The notes beneath the pieces were generated by a model that did not search any database, had not been told where the DNA came from, and worked only from the letters and a program-made list of their open reading frames with translations. Both the position numbers and the translations under genes were made by a program. Below, one piece after another: positions 19,619-30,144 of a stretch of 64,000 bases of DNA. Source of the stretch: Planctomycetota bacterium (GTDB lineage Bacteria > Planctomycetota > GCA-002687715 > CAIWVZ01); assembly GCA_044222185.1 (NCBI GenBank), contig JBGANV010000001.1, positions 2,048,001 to 2,112,000 of the forward strand, written 5' to 3'. Each line of letters starts with the position of its first letter. Positions within the stretch are counted from its first letter, which is position 1.

Positions 19619-22600
19619 TCAGCGTTCGGCGACGGCAACCCGGTCGGCGAGTTCAGCGACCGCGGTCACGGCGCCATCGCCCGCGTTGCTGATGAGCAGC
19701 ATGCCGCGTTCGTCGGTCGAGCCAGCGAACCAGACCTTTCCGTTGGCGCCAACCGTGATCCGGGCCCCACGCACGGGCTGGTCCTTCCCGTCGACGAGCC
19801 AGGCGCGAAGGCCGGTTTCGTCGCGTTGGAGCCGCAGCGTCCACTCCGTCGCCAGGAGCACCGTCGTCACGCTGCGTTCGCCGTCGGAGACGACGACGAG
19901 ATAGGCCCCCGCGCCCAGGTCGGGCAGCGGCAGCTTCACCGTTCCCGACTTGTATGCGGCGAGGCCCGTCTCGTGCGTCACCGTGTGTTGCGGAGCGATG
20001 CCCGAAAGGTCCGCCTGGTTCAGCTTCGAGAAGCTCTTGCGAACCGCGAAAAGGACCGTGAGGTCGACGGGAAACACCTGCGCGGTGAGCTTCGTCACGT
20101 TCTTGGCCCGCACGTCGAGCGTGCGGCCCGCGCCGGGGACGAGCGTCGTCACGGATGCCACGTCGAGCTCGTGCTCCGTGAAGAACTTCCACGACTGCAT
20201 GGCGTCGGGCACGGCATTGCGCGCCTCGCCGTACCACTTGACCGCCTCGTCGAGCTGCCCCTCGATGTGCGCGATCTTGCCCAGGAGGTACGCCATGGCG
20301 GGTCTCTCCGAGCTCTCGCGAGCGTCGCCGTTGGGATCGGCGGGCGTCCGCCACTTCTCGTCGATCACGCGGCGAGCGAGGGGCTTGACGTCACCGTACT
20401 TGCCCAGTTCGAAGAGCGCGCGGGCCTCGTCCGCGAGGACCTGGTCGAGGAGCAGCGACTTCTGGAACCGCTCGCGGAACGCAGCCGTCTCGAGGACTAC
20501 GCGTTGCGACGCGCCCAACGCCGTGAAGACGCCGATGCGATTGAAGTGCGCCGCCTCGGCCAGCGACCCGAGCGGATGCCACGCCATGAGCCGCGAGTAC
20601 GCGGTGACGGCGTTCTTCCACTGGCTCCGTTGAACGTCCTTCGCCACCGGCCCCTTCACTGCAGGATCGATCAAACCGGCGTAGAGCCCGGCGATCTCCC
20701 GCTCGACGGCGGGCACGGACCCCGCGGCCGGATATCGCGCAACGGCCTGCTCGAGCCAGGCCACGGCGTCATCCCCGCGACCGATCTCCGAGAGGAACCG
20801 GGCGGGCTTGCACTCGTGCGTGAAGGCCGCCTCGAACACGCGGAGGAACTGCTCCCGTGCTCTCTCCGGATCCCCGACCGCGATGTACGAGCGCCCGAGG
20901 CGAAGCGTATCCGCGACGCTCAGGTCGGTCTTGGTCGGGTTCCGCATGAGGAGCGTGTCCCGCACGCGGATCGCCTGCTGGCTCTGATCGAGACGGAGGT
21001 AGGCGATCTGGAGCATGCGGAGTACGTCGTCGTGCGCCGCGTCCGTGAGCGCGTACTTCGACGGAAGCTCGGCGAGCAACGCGACGACGTCCTCGAAGCG
21101 GGACTTGTCGAACGCGCTGGCGGCCGCGGCGATCCGCGCGTCCGGCGTCTTCTCGGCCGGCGGCGGCGTCGCCATCGACGACGCATCGACCAGGACCTCG
21201 AGGCGCATGGAATCGGATCGGCCCCAGACTTCCGGTGCGTACATCTCGGACGCACCCGTTGGCAACGCGGAGAAGCGCCCCGCGAACACGGCGAAGCAGG
21301 GGTACGTGATCGTGATCTCCGAGCCCTTCTTCAGGTGATCGAAGAAGAACACCAGCGCACTCCCCCGGCGCTCGAACCGATCGAACGGACCGCGCACGCC
21401 CGTCTCGATGACGTCCAGCCCCGCCAGCTGCGGCTCCTCGACGACGAGATAGTTCACGTCCTCGCGGACTTTCATGACGACGCGGACGGTGACCTTGCGA
21501 CCGACCACGGTCTGCGCCAGCGACGGCGGGGGAACGAAGACCGGCCGCTTGCTTTCCTCGACGCAATTGAACCCGTCGCGCCACTTGGGTTCGACTCGAT
21601 CCGGGTCCTGGTACGCCACGACGCGCCGCTCGACGGCGACGACGTTGCCGGCAGCCGCAACCGTGTCCGCCGGCTTGACGCCCGTCACGACGACGCGGCA
21701 GTCGGCCTCGCCGCCGCCGGTACGTTGGACGACGAAGGTGTGCTTGCCCGGCGTGAGGCGTTCCTGCGGGATCGAGATCACGGCCCGGGGATTCTTGCCG
21801 TCGATCGTGACGGGGTCACCGACCGGCCGACCGTCCAGCTGCACCGACACCTCGCCCTGCAACGCGGCCGCGCCCTCACCCTGGACGAAGCGCACGAGCG
21901 CCAGCACCGAGGTCGCGGTCGCACGCGTGTGGAAACACCCTCGGACGGCGATTTCGCGGCGCAGGCGGCGGACGAGCCCCTCGATCTCGTCGGGACGGCC
22001 GCCGGACGCTTGCAGCGCCAGGAGACAAAGAGCCGTCGTCTCCTGATCGCTGCCAAGCCATGGATCTCGGGCGATTCCACCGAACGGCCAGAAGTCGACT
22101 TGATCGGCGCCAGGGTTGCGGCGCCGGCCGCGCAGCGTCTCGAGCAGCGTCGGAACGATAGCCTCGCGTCGATCCGCCACCGCCGCAAGCAGCAGGCGTG
22201 CGAGGCTCGGCGTGCTCAGGCTTTCACGATCCCGATACAGCGCGTTGATCTCTGCCGACGGTGCGGCGCCGATCGAGGCGAGCGCGTACACGAGCCACGT
22301 CCGCTGATCGCGAGTGAAACGACCTTGCGCGAGCAGCGACTGGGCTCCGGCGGCCGACGAGCTGACCAGCTCGGTCGGCGGGGCGAACCCGGCACCGCGC
22401 AGGCGGGCGAAGGCATCGAGAGCGATGGCCGTCGGCTCGGGCTCGCTGGGGCGGCCCGGCCAGAATCCGAACCCGCCGTCGTCGTTCTGGAATCCACGCA
22501 TCTCCTGGAGGCTGCTCTTGGCGAGCTGCGCGACGGCGTCCGCGTCCAACGGCGACGGTTGCGACGCGGCCGCGAACGCCTGGTTCAAGAGGTACGCAGG

Positions 22601-25600
22601 GACGAAGCGGTTGACGGTCTGTTCCAGCCCGCCATGGGAGACGGAGCGCAGGAACGCGAGCCCATCCAAGAGCTCGAGCGCCAGACCGCCCTGCACCACG
22701 ACCGATCCGCCGACCGACCCGGTGACCGGATCGAACGGGATCTCCACGGGGACCGTGACCTTGTCGCCGAGGATGCGATGTTCGACCGTGCGCCACGGCT
22801 CGCCGAACGGAACGACGTCGAGGGTGTGGACGAGCGCGTCGCTGGCGCGACTCGACAGCGCCTGGACCTCGAGCCTCGTGCTTCCGGAGCCCCGTGCCTT
22901 CACGCGAACGTCCATCGACGTCGCGGTTCGCGCGAGGACGTCCTTCTCCAGTTCCGCGGCGCCCTCCAAGCTCACGACCCCAGGCGCGTCGGCCTTGAGC
23001 GTGAGCGTCATGCGGACGGATTCGCCCAGCGTGTTCTGCCCGATGACCGGAAGCACCGCCTCGTCCGTGTGGAACAAGAAACGCGGCTCGGCGAGCCGAA
23101 CCACGACGTCCTTGCGGACCTTCACGTTCGCCGACGTCCGCCCCACGGCGACTTGCCGGTTCGTGCCCGTGACGTTGACGCTCCAGACGGTCAGGTTGTC
23201 TGGGACCTTGACGTCGACCGAGCTCTCCCCCGCTTCGTTCGTGATCACGTTTGGATGCCACGCGGCCACGTCGACGAGCACCTCCCGAACCTCTGGCGGT
23301 GCGGTCGCCAGGCCGCCACGGAGCAGCCCCTCGCCCGCGCCCCCGAGGAAGCCGAAGCTGCCACCGCTCTGCATGGGCTGGAGGCTCGGAGCGGGGAACT
23401 TCCACGAGTGGGCGATCTTCGGGTCGGCCCTCACGAACAGCTGGGGCACTGCGATCGTGTTTCCGACAGGGAGCTGTTCGAGCCCGCGATACGCCAGGCC
23501 GTACGTCGCGGATTGGAAGAGGACCGCTCCGTCGCCCCATTCGCCGAGGCCGGCGCGCTCTTCGGCATCGTGGGCCTCCTCGCCGCGCTCCAGGTCGTCC
23601 TTCCCGCCCAGGCGCTGCGCGACTCTTGCGGCTTCGCCTGGCTTCGCATCCGACTTGGACTTCTCTGCGTCGGAGGATCGACGCTTCGAACGACTCCCGC
23701 CGAACGCGCTCCCCTTGCCACCGCCGGCGCCGCCACCGGTGGGGGGGTCGGCAGCCGCGGGCGCTCCTGGGGCGTTCGCGGCGAGGCTGTCCTCGAGTCC
23801 CGCCTTCAGAGCGACGCTCTCCCTTTCCTTGAGCGCGTAGGCCTTGTCCGCGTTCTTCCGCAGCTCCTCGCCTGCCGCGAGCAACGTCAGCGATCGATCG
23901 AGTCCGACCACGTCGGAGTCGATGGCCCGCGCCACCGCGTCGACGCGGAACGCGTGCGACGCGCCGGTCTTCACGAGGTGCGGTCGCACGTCGCGATTGA
24001 AGATGAATCGGGGGTCCTGCGTGCCGACGCCACCGAGCGCATCCAGTGCGCCGTCGCTCATGGCGAGCGTGAGTGCCGCAGCCACGGGCTTGCCAGCCTG
24101 GTCCGTCGCTCGCATGGCGAGCTTGACGGTTTCGCCGGGCCGAGCCACGTCCGCGGACGGCTTGAGCGTCACGTCGAGGTAGCGCAGGACGACGACCGGG
24201 TCGTCACACATGAGGAGGGCATGATCGTGTGGAACCGCCCAGCTCGCGACCACGTTCGGCGCGAGCAGTTCGGGCATCTCGATCTCCACGACGGACGCCT
24301 TCTCGCTCACCGTGATCACGCGGTGCATCAACACCGTTTCACCCTCGAACGTGAGGAGGCCGGTCACGGGAGCCGACGGCACCTCGATGAACAAGCGGGC
24401 CTTCTCTCCCGCCCTGTAGACCTCGCGTTCGAAGAGGATCCGGGTCTCCTTGGCGAGATCCGGCCGATCGCCCGAGACCTCCGCGCCGGCCTCCCCGACG
24501 ACCTTCATGCCCTTGCCATCCTCCCCGGCGAACCGGACGAGATGTGTGCCGGCCTTCGGCGCGTCGAGCTTGACCTCGGCTTCCCCGGACGCTCCCAGAT
24601 CGACCGGCGCATCCGCGACGACGACCTCCACCATGCGACCGCCTTCGCTCCGGAGCGCGATCAGCTGGGCCTTGCCCTTGGCCGGAAGGGGCTGACTCGC
24701 CCAGTCGACCCCGATCACGCGCGCAGTGATGCGATCGCCGGCACGGTACGTGCGTCGATCGGGCAGCACGATGACGTTCCCCGGCGTCCAGCACGCGTAC
24801 GCCGACGCCGAGCCGCTGACGACCTGATGGGTGAGATCCTGAACGGTGACGACCGCGATGTACCGCCATGCGCCGGCCGCACTCGCCGTCGTGAACGAGA
24901 ACTCGGCCTCGCCCTTCTCGTCGGTGCCACCACTCCCGTTGGCGACGAACGTCCAGTCCGGCTCAGGTGTCGGATCCTTCGTCTTCTCGACGGCGTGATA
25001 GAACCACGACGCCTCGCGGTAGCGCGTCGCATCGAAGGTCGTCGGCACGCGCCAAACGCGCCAGTCGTACGGTGAGCCACCGATGACGCCGCCCACGAGC
25101 GATTCCACGGCGACCTTCACGGGCACCGAGTCGCCGGGTCGAACGACGGCATTCGCCACCTTGGCGGTGACGCGAAGTTCGGGTTTCACGAACGCCTTGC
25201 ACGTCACGGCTTCGTTGAAGACCTGGGATGCGAATTCGACGCGGAGCGAGTAATCGCCCACGGCGCCATCACTCGGCATCCGGAACTGTCCGTCGATCGT
25301 GCCGAATGCGCCCGTCGTGTGCTTCGACTGGTAGAGCGTCCGGCCGCGCGGATCGATCCAGGACACCTGGACCTCCTGCTTCTCCGGCGTGACGAACGAC
25401 CCGTCGGCGACCGCGCGCAGGATCATCGACCAGCGGACGGCGTCACCGGGACGGTAGATCGGTCGGTCGAACGCGAAGTGGACTCGCGGCGTCAACGCCG
25501 TCTTCCCCCCGGCTGCCGGGTTGGCGGCGAGACCGGGCGCGACCGACGCGCCGAGCGCACCGATCACCTCGCAGGGTCCCTGTCCTTCCTTCACGGCGAA

Positions 25601-27661
25601 GCGGACGGTGCCATCGGCGCCGGTCTTGCGCGAGTCCTTCAGGGCCTTCCCCCGAACGATGACTTCCACGTCCGCGATCGGAGCGCCGCTCACCGTGTCC
25701 GTCGCCCACGCGAACACCTCGGTCGGAGCCTGCTTCACGACGAGCATGACGCGCGAGACGACGACGAGCACGACGGCGCGACGTTGTTCGGCTTCCGCGG
25801 TGACGACGTAGGTCCCCTCGGGCAGAGCCTTGTCGCCGATCTTCAGCGCGACCGACGTGCGGTCGCGCCGGTAACGAACGTAGTCGGTCACCGGATGAGT
25901 GAACGTCAGATCGGCCTTCACCAGCGCCACGTCCAGGGCGTCCGTGCCCGTGAGCGTGCCCTTGCGTTCGAAGTAGGTGCGAGCATCGAGCTTGTAGAGC
26001 CGAACGGTCGCCTCGCGCACGTTCCGTGTGGCGAGATCGATCGTGGCAGCTTCCGTGGGAGCGAAGATCCGCGGACTCGTGAGCTCGAGCTCGATCCCGG
26101 TGAGGCGTGCGAGGCGGGCGTTGGCGTCTGACGCCGGACGCGTGTTGGAGAACGACATCACGACGACGCGGTAGGCCTCCGCCGCCGCTTCGAGCTCTCG
26201 CCGATCGTCCTCCTCGATGATCCCCACCTGCAGCCCGGCGCGTGCGGCCCATTCCGGCTGGGCGGTCCGGTAGCGCTCGCGCGCATCGCGGAACGCATCA
26301 CGCGCCGCATCGAAGTTCTTCAGCTGGCGGTACTCGTTGCCGATCTCGAGAGAGATGGCCGGCGCCTGCTCGGACAGCGGATAGACCTCGACGAACTCGC
26401 GGTAGACCTTGATCGCCTCCTCGCGCTTCTTGTCCGTGAGGAGCAGCTTCGCCTTGCCGAGGAGGCACTCGGGCAGCGCGCGCTGGACGTTGGGCACTTC
26501 GGGATGCGCGGCATGCTGCGCGAGGAACTGCTGGTAGGCGGCGCGGGCCTCGTCGAACCGGTTGAGCTGGAAAAACGCGCGGCCCGTCTGGACGCGGGCC
26601 CAGGCCAGGTCGTCGCCCGACGTCTTCGGCGCGTCGACGATGTCCTTCAACGCCGAGATCGCTTGTTCGAGCGCACCCTGCGCGAGGCACGCCTCCGCGA
26701 TCGCTCGACGAACGGGTCCGGCCTCGGGGCGATCGGGCCACGTCTTCAGGAACTTCCCGTAGGCGTCCTTCGCGAGCGCCAGTCCTTCCGCGCCGCCGTC
26801 GGCGACGTGACTGCGCCCGAGCAGGATCAGGGCTCGCGGCCCCCACGCGGTCTCGTCCGGCGCACGACTCCGGAGGAGCTCGAGCAACTCCGTACGTGCG
26901 TCCACCGTGCGGCCGAGCAGGAGCTGCGCCTCGGCCCGGTAGGCGTGGGCCGCGAACATGCGCTCCTCGGTGAGCGACTTGGGATTGTTGATCCCGATCT
27001 CCAGCGCCCGTCGTCCGGCCGCGTCCGCCTCGTTCGCCTGCTTCAGCACGAGGTGGAGGCGCGCGACCTCGACCCAGTGAGGTGCCGACGCCGTGTCGCG
27101 GTCGAGGGCATCGATCCCGAGCCGATAGGCCTGGATCGCGCGAGCGGGATCGGGCGGAATCTCAGGACGGACGGCGTCCGGTGACTTCTCGCCCTTGGCG
27201 AACCGGTCGGCCCACGCGAAGAACGTGGCGGCCACTCGCGCCCGGTGCTCGTCCGAGAGCACGACCTTCGCCCGCTCGAGCTCGATCGTCGCGGCCTCGG
27301 CGACCTTGCCCTGAACCTCCGTGGCCTTCGCGAGGAGGCTGTTCGTACGACCGCGCCAGGGCTCGTCCTCGGGCCAGCCCGCGAGCGCCTTCACCGCCAG
27401 GCTTGCCGCTTCGTCGCCCTTCTTCGCGAGGACGAGGGCGTGGATCCTCAGGACGAGTGCCTCCTTGGCGACGGGGTCGCGCCCCACGTCGCCGGGAACC
27501 GTCTCGAGGGTCCGTGCCGCCTCGAGGAACGTTCCCGCCGCGATCTGATCGCGTCCCCGGGCCAGGATGGCGTCCGGGTCGTCCGTCCCGTGACGGGCGA
27601 GCACGAACGGAACACAGACGACGAGAATCAGAGCTGGCGCGAACGCGAGGCGTCGGTTCAT
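19619..27661 (-). CDS. Giant alpha-2-macroglobulin-family protein with N- and C-terminal TPR arrays
   Basis: DRPIYRPGD (MG2), PDNLTVWSV, PRFL, LEQT, FQNDDGGFGFWPG, MYAPEVWGRS; flanking TPRs; signal peptide. Confidence 0.93.
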   Translation of the reverse strand: MNRRLAFAPALILVVCVPFVLARHGTDDPDAILARGRDQIAAGTFLEAARTLETVPGDVGRDPVAKEALVLRIHALVLAKKGDEAASLAVKALAGWPEDEPWRGRTNSLLAKATEVQGKVAEAATIELERAKVVLSDEHRARVAATFFAWADRFAKGEKSPDAVRPEIPPDPARAIQAYRLGIDALDRDTASAPHWVEVARLHLVLKQANEADAAGRRALEIGINNPKSLTEERMFAAHAYRAEAQLLLGRTVDARTELLELLRSRAPDETAWGPRALILLGRSHVADGGAEGLALAKDAYGKFLKTWPDRPEAGPVRRAIAEACLAQGALEQAISALKDIVDAPKTSGDDLAWARVQTGRAFFQLNRFDEARAAYQQFLAQHAAHPEVPNVQRALPECLLGKAKLLLTDKKREEAIKVYREFVEVYPLSEQAPAISLEIGNEYRQLKNFDAARDAFRDARERYRTAQPEWAARAGLQVGIIEEDDRRELEAAAEAYRVVVMSFSNTRPASDANARLARLTGIELELTSPRIFAPTEAATIDLATRNVREATVRLYKLDARTYFERKGTLTGTDALDVALVKADLTFTHPVTDYVRYRRDRTSVALKIGDKALPEGTYVVTAEAEQRRAVVLVVVSRVMLVVKQAPTEVFAWATDTVSGAPIADVEVIVRGKALKDSRKTGADGTVRFAVKEGQGPCEVIGALGASVAPGLAANPAAGGKTALTPRVHFAFDRPIYRPGDAVRWSMILRAVADGSFVTPEKQEVQVSWIDPRGRTLYQSKHTTGAFGTIDGQFRMPSDGAVGDYSLRVEFASQVFNEAVTCKAFVKPELRVTAKVANAVVRPGDSVPVKVAVESLVGGVIGGSPYDWRVWRVPTTFDATRYREASWFYHAVEKTKDPTPEPDWTFVANGSGGTDEKGEAEFSFTTASAAGAWRYIAVVTVQDLTHQVVSGSASAYACWTPGNVIVLPDRRTYRAGDRITARVIGVDWASQPLPAKGKAQLIALRSEGGRMVEVVVADAPVDLGASGEAEVKLDAPKAGTHLVRFAGEDGKGMKVVGEAGAEVSGDRPDLAKETRILFEREVYRAGEKARLFIEVPSAPVTGLLTFEGETVLMHRVITVSEKASVVEIEMPELLAPNVVASWAVPHDHALLMCDDPVVVLRYLDVTLKPSADVARPGETVKLAMRATDQAGKPVAAALTLAMSDGALDALGGVGTQDPRFIFNRDVRPHLVKTGASHAFRVDAVARAIDSDVVGLDRSLTLLAAGEELRKNADKAYALKERESVALKAGLEDSLAANAPGAPAAADPPTGGGAGGGKGSAFGGSRSKRRSSDAEKSKSDAKPGEAARVAQRLGGKDDLERGEEAHDAEERAGLGEWGDGAVLFQSATYGLAYRGLEQLPVGNTIAVPQLFVRADPKIAHSWKFPAPSLQPMQSGGSFGFLGGAGEGLLRGGLATAPPEVREVLVDVAAWHPNVITNEAGESSVDVKVPDNLTVWSVNVTGTNRQVAVGRTSANVKVRKDVVVRLAEPRFLFHTDEAVLPVIGQNTLGESVRMTLTLKADAPGVVSLEGAAELEKDVLARTATSMDVRVKARGSGSTRLEVQALSSRASDALVHTLDVVPFGEPWRTVEHRILGDKVTVPVEIPFDPVTGSVGGSVVVQGGLALELLDGLAFLRSVSHGGLEQTVNRFVPAYLLNQAFAAASQPSPLDADAVAQLAKSSLQEMRGFQNDDGGFGFWPGRPSEPEPTAIALDAFARLRGAGFAPPTELVSSSAAGAQSLLAQGRFTRDQRTWLVYALASIGAAPSAEINALYRDRESLSTPSLARLLLAAVADRREAIVPTLLETLRGRRRNPGADQVDFWPFGGIARDPWLGSDQETTALCLLALQASGGRPDEIEGLVRRLRREIAVRGCFHTRATATSVLALVRFVQGEGAAALQGEVSVQLDGRPVGDPVTIDGKNPRAVISIPQERLTPGKHTFVVQRTGGGEADCRVVVTGVKPADTVAAAGNVVAVERRVVAYQDPDRVEPKWRDGFNCVEESKRPVFVPPPSLAQTVVGRKVTVRVVMKVREDVNYLVVEEPQLAGLDVIETGVRGPFDRFERRGSALVFFFDHLKKGSEITITYPCFAVFAGRFSALPTGASEMYAPEVWGRSDSMRLEVLVDASSMATPPPAEKTPDARIAAAASAFDKSRFEDVVALLAELPSKYALTDAAHDDVLRMLQIAYLRLDQSQQAIRVRDTLLMRNPTKTDLSVADTLRLGRSYIAVGDPERAREQFLRVFEAAFTHECKPARFLSEIGRGDDAVAWLEQAVARYPAAGSVPAVEREIAGLYAGLIDPAVKGPVAKDVQRSQWKNAVTAYSRLMAWHPLGSLAEAAHFNRIGVFTALGASQRVVLETAAFRERFQKSLLLDQVLADEARALFELGKYGDVKPLARRVIDEKWRTPADPNGDARESSERPAMAYLLGKIAHIEGQLDEAVKWYGEARNAVPDAMQSWKFFTEHELDVASVTTLVPGAGRTLDVRAKNVTKLTAQVFPVDLTVLFAVRKSFSKLNQADLSGIAPQHTVTHETGLAAYKSGTVKLPLPDLGAGAYLVVVSDGERSVTTVLLATEWTLRLQRDETGLRAWLVDGKDQPVRGARITVGANGKVWFAGSTDERGMLLISNAGDGAVTAVAELADRVAVAER

Positions 27662-27739
27662 TTCAGTCTTCCTGTTTGACGAGGCGCGCGCCCAGGAGGG
27701 CGGCGAGCCGGGCCACAGACGCAGACCCTTGGAAAAAGT

Positions 27740-28480
27740 TCACCGCAGGAACGACGTGACCGCGGTCGGGATGTCGGTGATGAGACCGCAAACGCCCACG
27801 GACAGCAGAGGGCGCACCTGCCGCAAGTCCTTGACCGTCCACGTCCAGACACGCCGACCGTTGCGGGACCACGCAGCGACACGATCGCCCGTCACCAGGT
27901 CGACGTCGACCCCGAACCCAAGGAGAGGCAGGTCGGAGAACACCTGCGAGTCCGTCTCGGAGTCGATGAGCGCGAGGAGCGGAAGGTCGGGCACCGCGCG
28001 GTGCGCCGCGCGCAGGACGGCCCCCGAGAACGAGGCGATCACGGCGTGCTCCCGATGCGCCGACGCCGCGACGGCGCGGGCCGAAACGGCGCCCAGCCGG
28101 GAATCGTCCGCGGTCGGCTTGACCTCGACCATCAGCACCGTCCTCCCCCATGGGAAGCTCAGGACTTCTTCGAGCGTCGGGACCGTCTCCCCTTCGGCTC
28201 CCGGCCCATGGCTCCAACCGAGGTCGACCCGACCCAGCTCGGCGGCGGTCTGGTGGTCGATCGCCACCCGCGTCCCCCGGGTGTCCACGACGACCTCCGC
28301 GTCGTGAATGACGACGGGGACGCCGTCAGCCGAGAGCCGTACGTCCCATTCCACGCCAGGATGGCCGCGGGCGATCACGTCGTGGAAGGCCCTGCGCGTG
28401 TTCTCCGGGCTTTCGGCCGCTCCACCGCGATGTGCGATGACGAGCGGGCGGGCGGAATCGTGCGGGACCAGGAACGTCAT
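27740..28480 (-). CDS. Glycerophosphodiester phosphodiesterase (GlpQ/UgpQ family)
   Basis: IAHRGG..PENT, EWDVRLSADGVPVVIHD, EVK, WTV, LITDIP; ATGA overlap with aroA. Confidence 0.92.
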   Translation of the reverse strand: MTFLVPHDSARPLVIAHRGGAAESPENTRRAFHDVIARGHPGVEWDVRLSADGVPVVIHDAEVVVDTRGTRVAIDHQTAAELGRVDLGWSHGPGAEGETVPTLEEVLSFPWGRTVLMVEVKPTADDSRLGAVSARAVAASAHREHAVIASFSGAVLRAAHRAVPDLPLLALIDSETDSQVFSDLPLLGFGVDVDLVTGDRVAAWSRNGRRVWTWTVKDLRQVRPLLSVGVCGLITDIPTAVTSFLR

Positions 28481-29796
28481 GTCGTCAGCCTCGACGACGC
28501 ACGTCGAACGTCCTCGGAGATCCAGTGCCCGCCGGCCGGAAACACTTCGAAGAATGTGGGGAACGACTTCGAGACGACCTGGGCGTTCCGAACGATCACG
28601 GGACGGGCGAGTCCGAACAACGCGGCCGTCATGGCGAGCCGGTGATCGCCCCGCGGGTCGACCGGGATCGCGAGCTTCGCCGTTTCCTCCGTCATGGCGA
28701 TGGGACCACGAACGACGAACCCGTCGTCGCGTGCCTCCGCCTGAACACCCGCCTCCGTGAGTACGGCGACGAGGTGGTCGATCCGGTTGCTCTCCTTCAA
28801 GCGCAGGTGCGGTGCGCCGAGAACGGTGACACCGTCGGCGGTGAGCGCGCCCAGCGCCGCGACCACCGGAGCGAGGTCCGGCGTCCGATTCAGATCGAAG
28901 ACGCCGCCCCGGATGACGCGCCCCGAGCACCGGACGCCGCCGTCGTCTTCTTCGACCAGCAGCCCGAGTTCACGTGCGAGCTCCGCAAATGCCGCGTCCG
29001 GGTGGGGCGATGCGAGCCGCAGCCCGGGAACGCGAACCGGCACGCCCAAGAACGCGGCCGCAGCCAGCATCGTCGCCGCCCCGGACCAGTCGACGTCCGC
29101 ATGGAGGTCCCGCGGCGCCGGACCGAACCCCGGTTCCACGCGCCAGCAGGAACCGTCGGCATGGACTCGTCCGCCTGCGCGTCGGATCACGTCGAGCGTG
29201 AGGTCGATGTACGGCGCCGAGACGACGGCCCCGGTCGCCCGGACCTCGACCGCTTCGGCGCAGGACGGCGCCACGAGCAGCAGCGCCGAAACGAATTGAC
29301 TGGATTCGGCCGCGAGGTCCGCCTCGACGATGCCCCCATGAAGCGGCCCGCGGATCGTCACCGGGAGCCCGGGCCCTCCCGCGACCTCGGCCCCGAGCGA
29401 CCGCAGAGCCTCGATCAGAGGCGCGAACGGACGGGCGCTGAGGCGCGGTCCGCCGGTCACGGTCACCGAACGTCGCCCGATCGCGGCGAGCGCGATGAGG
29501 AATCTCGCCGGTGCGCCACCCTCCTCGACGTGGATCGCGACGGCGCCGCTCGCGCGCCGATCGATCGTTCGAACGACGACGACGCGATCGGACGCGGGCA
29601 CGAGTTCCACGCCGAGCCGGCCCAGCGCCGACAGGAACTGCCCCACGTCCTCCCCGCGAGGTGGAGTGTCGAGGACCGCGCCTCGGCCACGCTGCGCGAG
29701 AAGCGCGAGCGCCCGAAGGATCTCGCTCTTCCCCGACGGCACGGGGCACGAGATGTCGGCGCCGGTCGACGGGGCTGGAAGTACGAGTCGGTCCAC
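28477..29796 (-). CDS. aroA: 3-phosphoshikimate 1-carboxyvinyltransferase (EPSP synthase)
   Basis: GKS..RAL, SSQF, PYIDLT, PDL, LRLKESNRI, DHRLAM, KSFPTFF; GTG start at 29796 inferred. Confidence 0.9.
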   Translation of the reverse strand: MDRLVLPAPSTGADISCPVPSGKSEILRALALLAQRGRGAVLDTPPRGEDVGQFLSALGRLGVELVPASDRVVVVRTIDRRASGAVAIHVEEGGAPARFLIALAAIGRRSVTVTGGPRLSARPFAPLIEALRSLGAEVAGGPGLPVTIRGPLHGGIVEADLAAESSQFVSALLLVAPSCAEAVEVRATGAVVSAPYIDLTLDVIRRAGGRVHADGSCWRVEPGFGPAPRDLHADVDWSGAATMLAAAAFLGVPVRVPGLRLASPHPDAAFAELARELGLLVEEDDGGVRCSGRVIRGGVFDLNRTPDLAPVVAALGALTADGVTVLGAPHLRLKESNRIDHLVAVLTEAGVQAEARDDGFVVRGPIAMTEETAKLAIPVDPRGDHRLAMTAALFGLARPVIVRNAQVVSKSFPTFFEVFPAGGHWISEDVRRASSRLTT

Positions 29797-29829
29797 GGCC
29801 GCATCGTATCGGCGGATACAATCCGCCCC
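29797..29829. promoter_or_regulatory. Back-to-back -10 boxes for two divergent, apparently leaderless genes
   Basis: TACGAT on - (29808-29803) is 6 nt before the aroA GTG; TACAAT on + (29817-29822) is 7 nt before ATG 29830; no SD on either side. Confidence 0.55.
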
Positions 29830-30144
29830 ATGGCTCGACGCCGAGGTTGCCGCGTGCTCGACTCGCTCGCCGTCGCCCGCACGTTCGCGGACGACTTCGG
29901 TGAGGATTGGGTCGTTCCGCGCGCGGCGATCCGCTACGTCGTCGTGCGCGAGAGCGGACCGGAGGCGATCCTCACGGCGTTCGGGCCCCAGGCCCAGATC
30001 GTCGGCGAACGACATTTCCCGGACGGTGCCCAGGCCATGCGGGCCATCGAGCGGCTCGCCAGCGACGGCTCCGCCGAGCCGGTCCGTGACCTGCCGGAGC
30101 CGCCGGCGAGCGCGACCCGGTTCCTCGACGAGAGACTCCCATGA
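29830..30144 (+). CDS. Hypothetical protein
   Basis: Fills the gap, has a -10-like box upstream and an ATGA overlap with the next gene. Confidence 0.55.
   Translation: MARRRGCRVLDSLAVARTFADDFGEDWVVPRAAIRYVVVRESGPEAILTAFGPQAQIVGERHFPDGAQAMRAIERLASDGSAEPVRDLPEPPASATRFLDERLP

Noticed and set aside
19418-25075. 1885-aa ORF on the + strand
   Set aside because: Antisense shadow of the A2M gene; Arg/His-rich with no motifs, typical of high-GC codon bias. The same applies to most overlapping ORFs in the track.
28477-29796. aroA as another pseudo-enzyme
   Set aside because: Divergent, but the key motifs (KS..R, SSQ, PD, KE.NR, DHR, KS.P) are intact.
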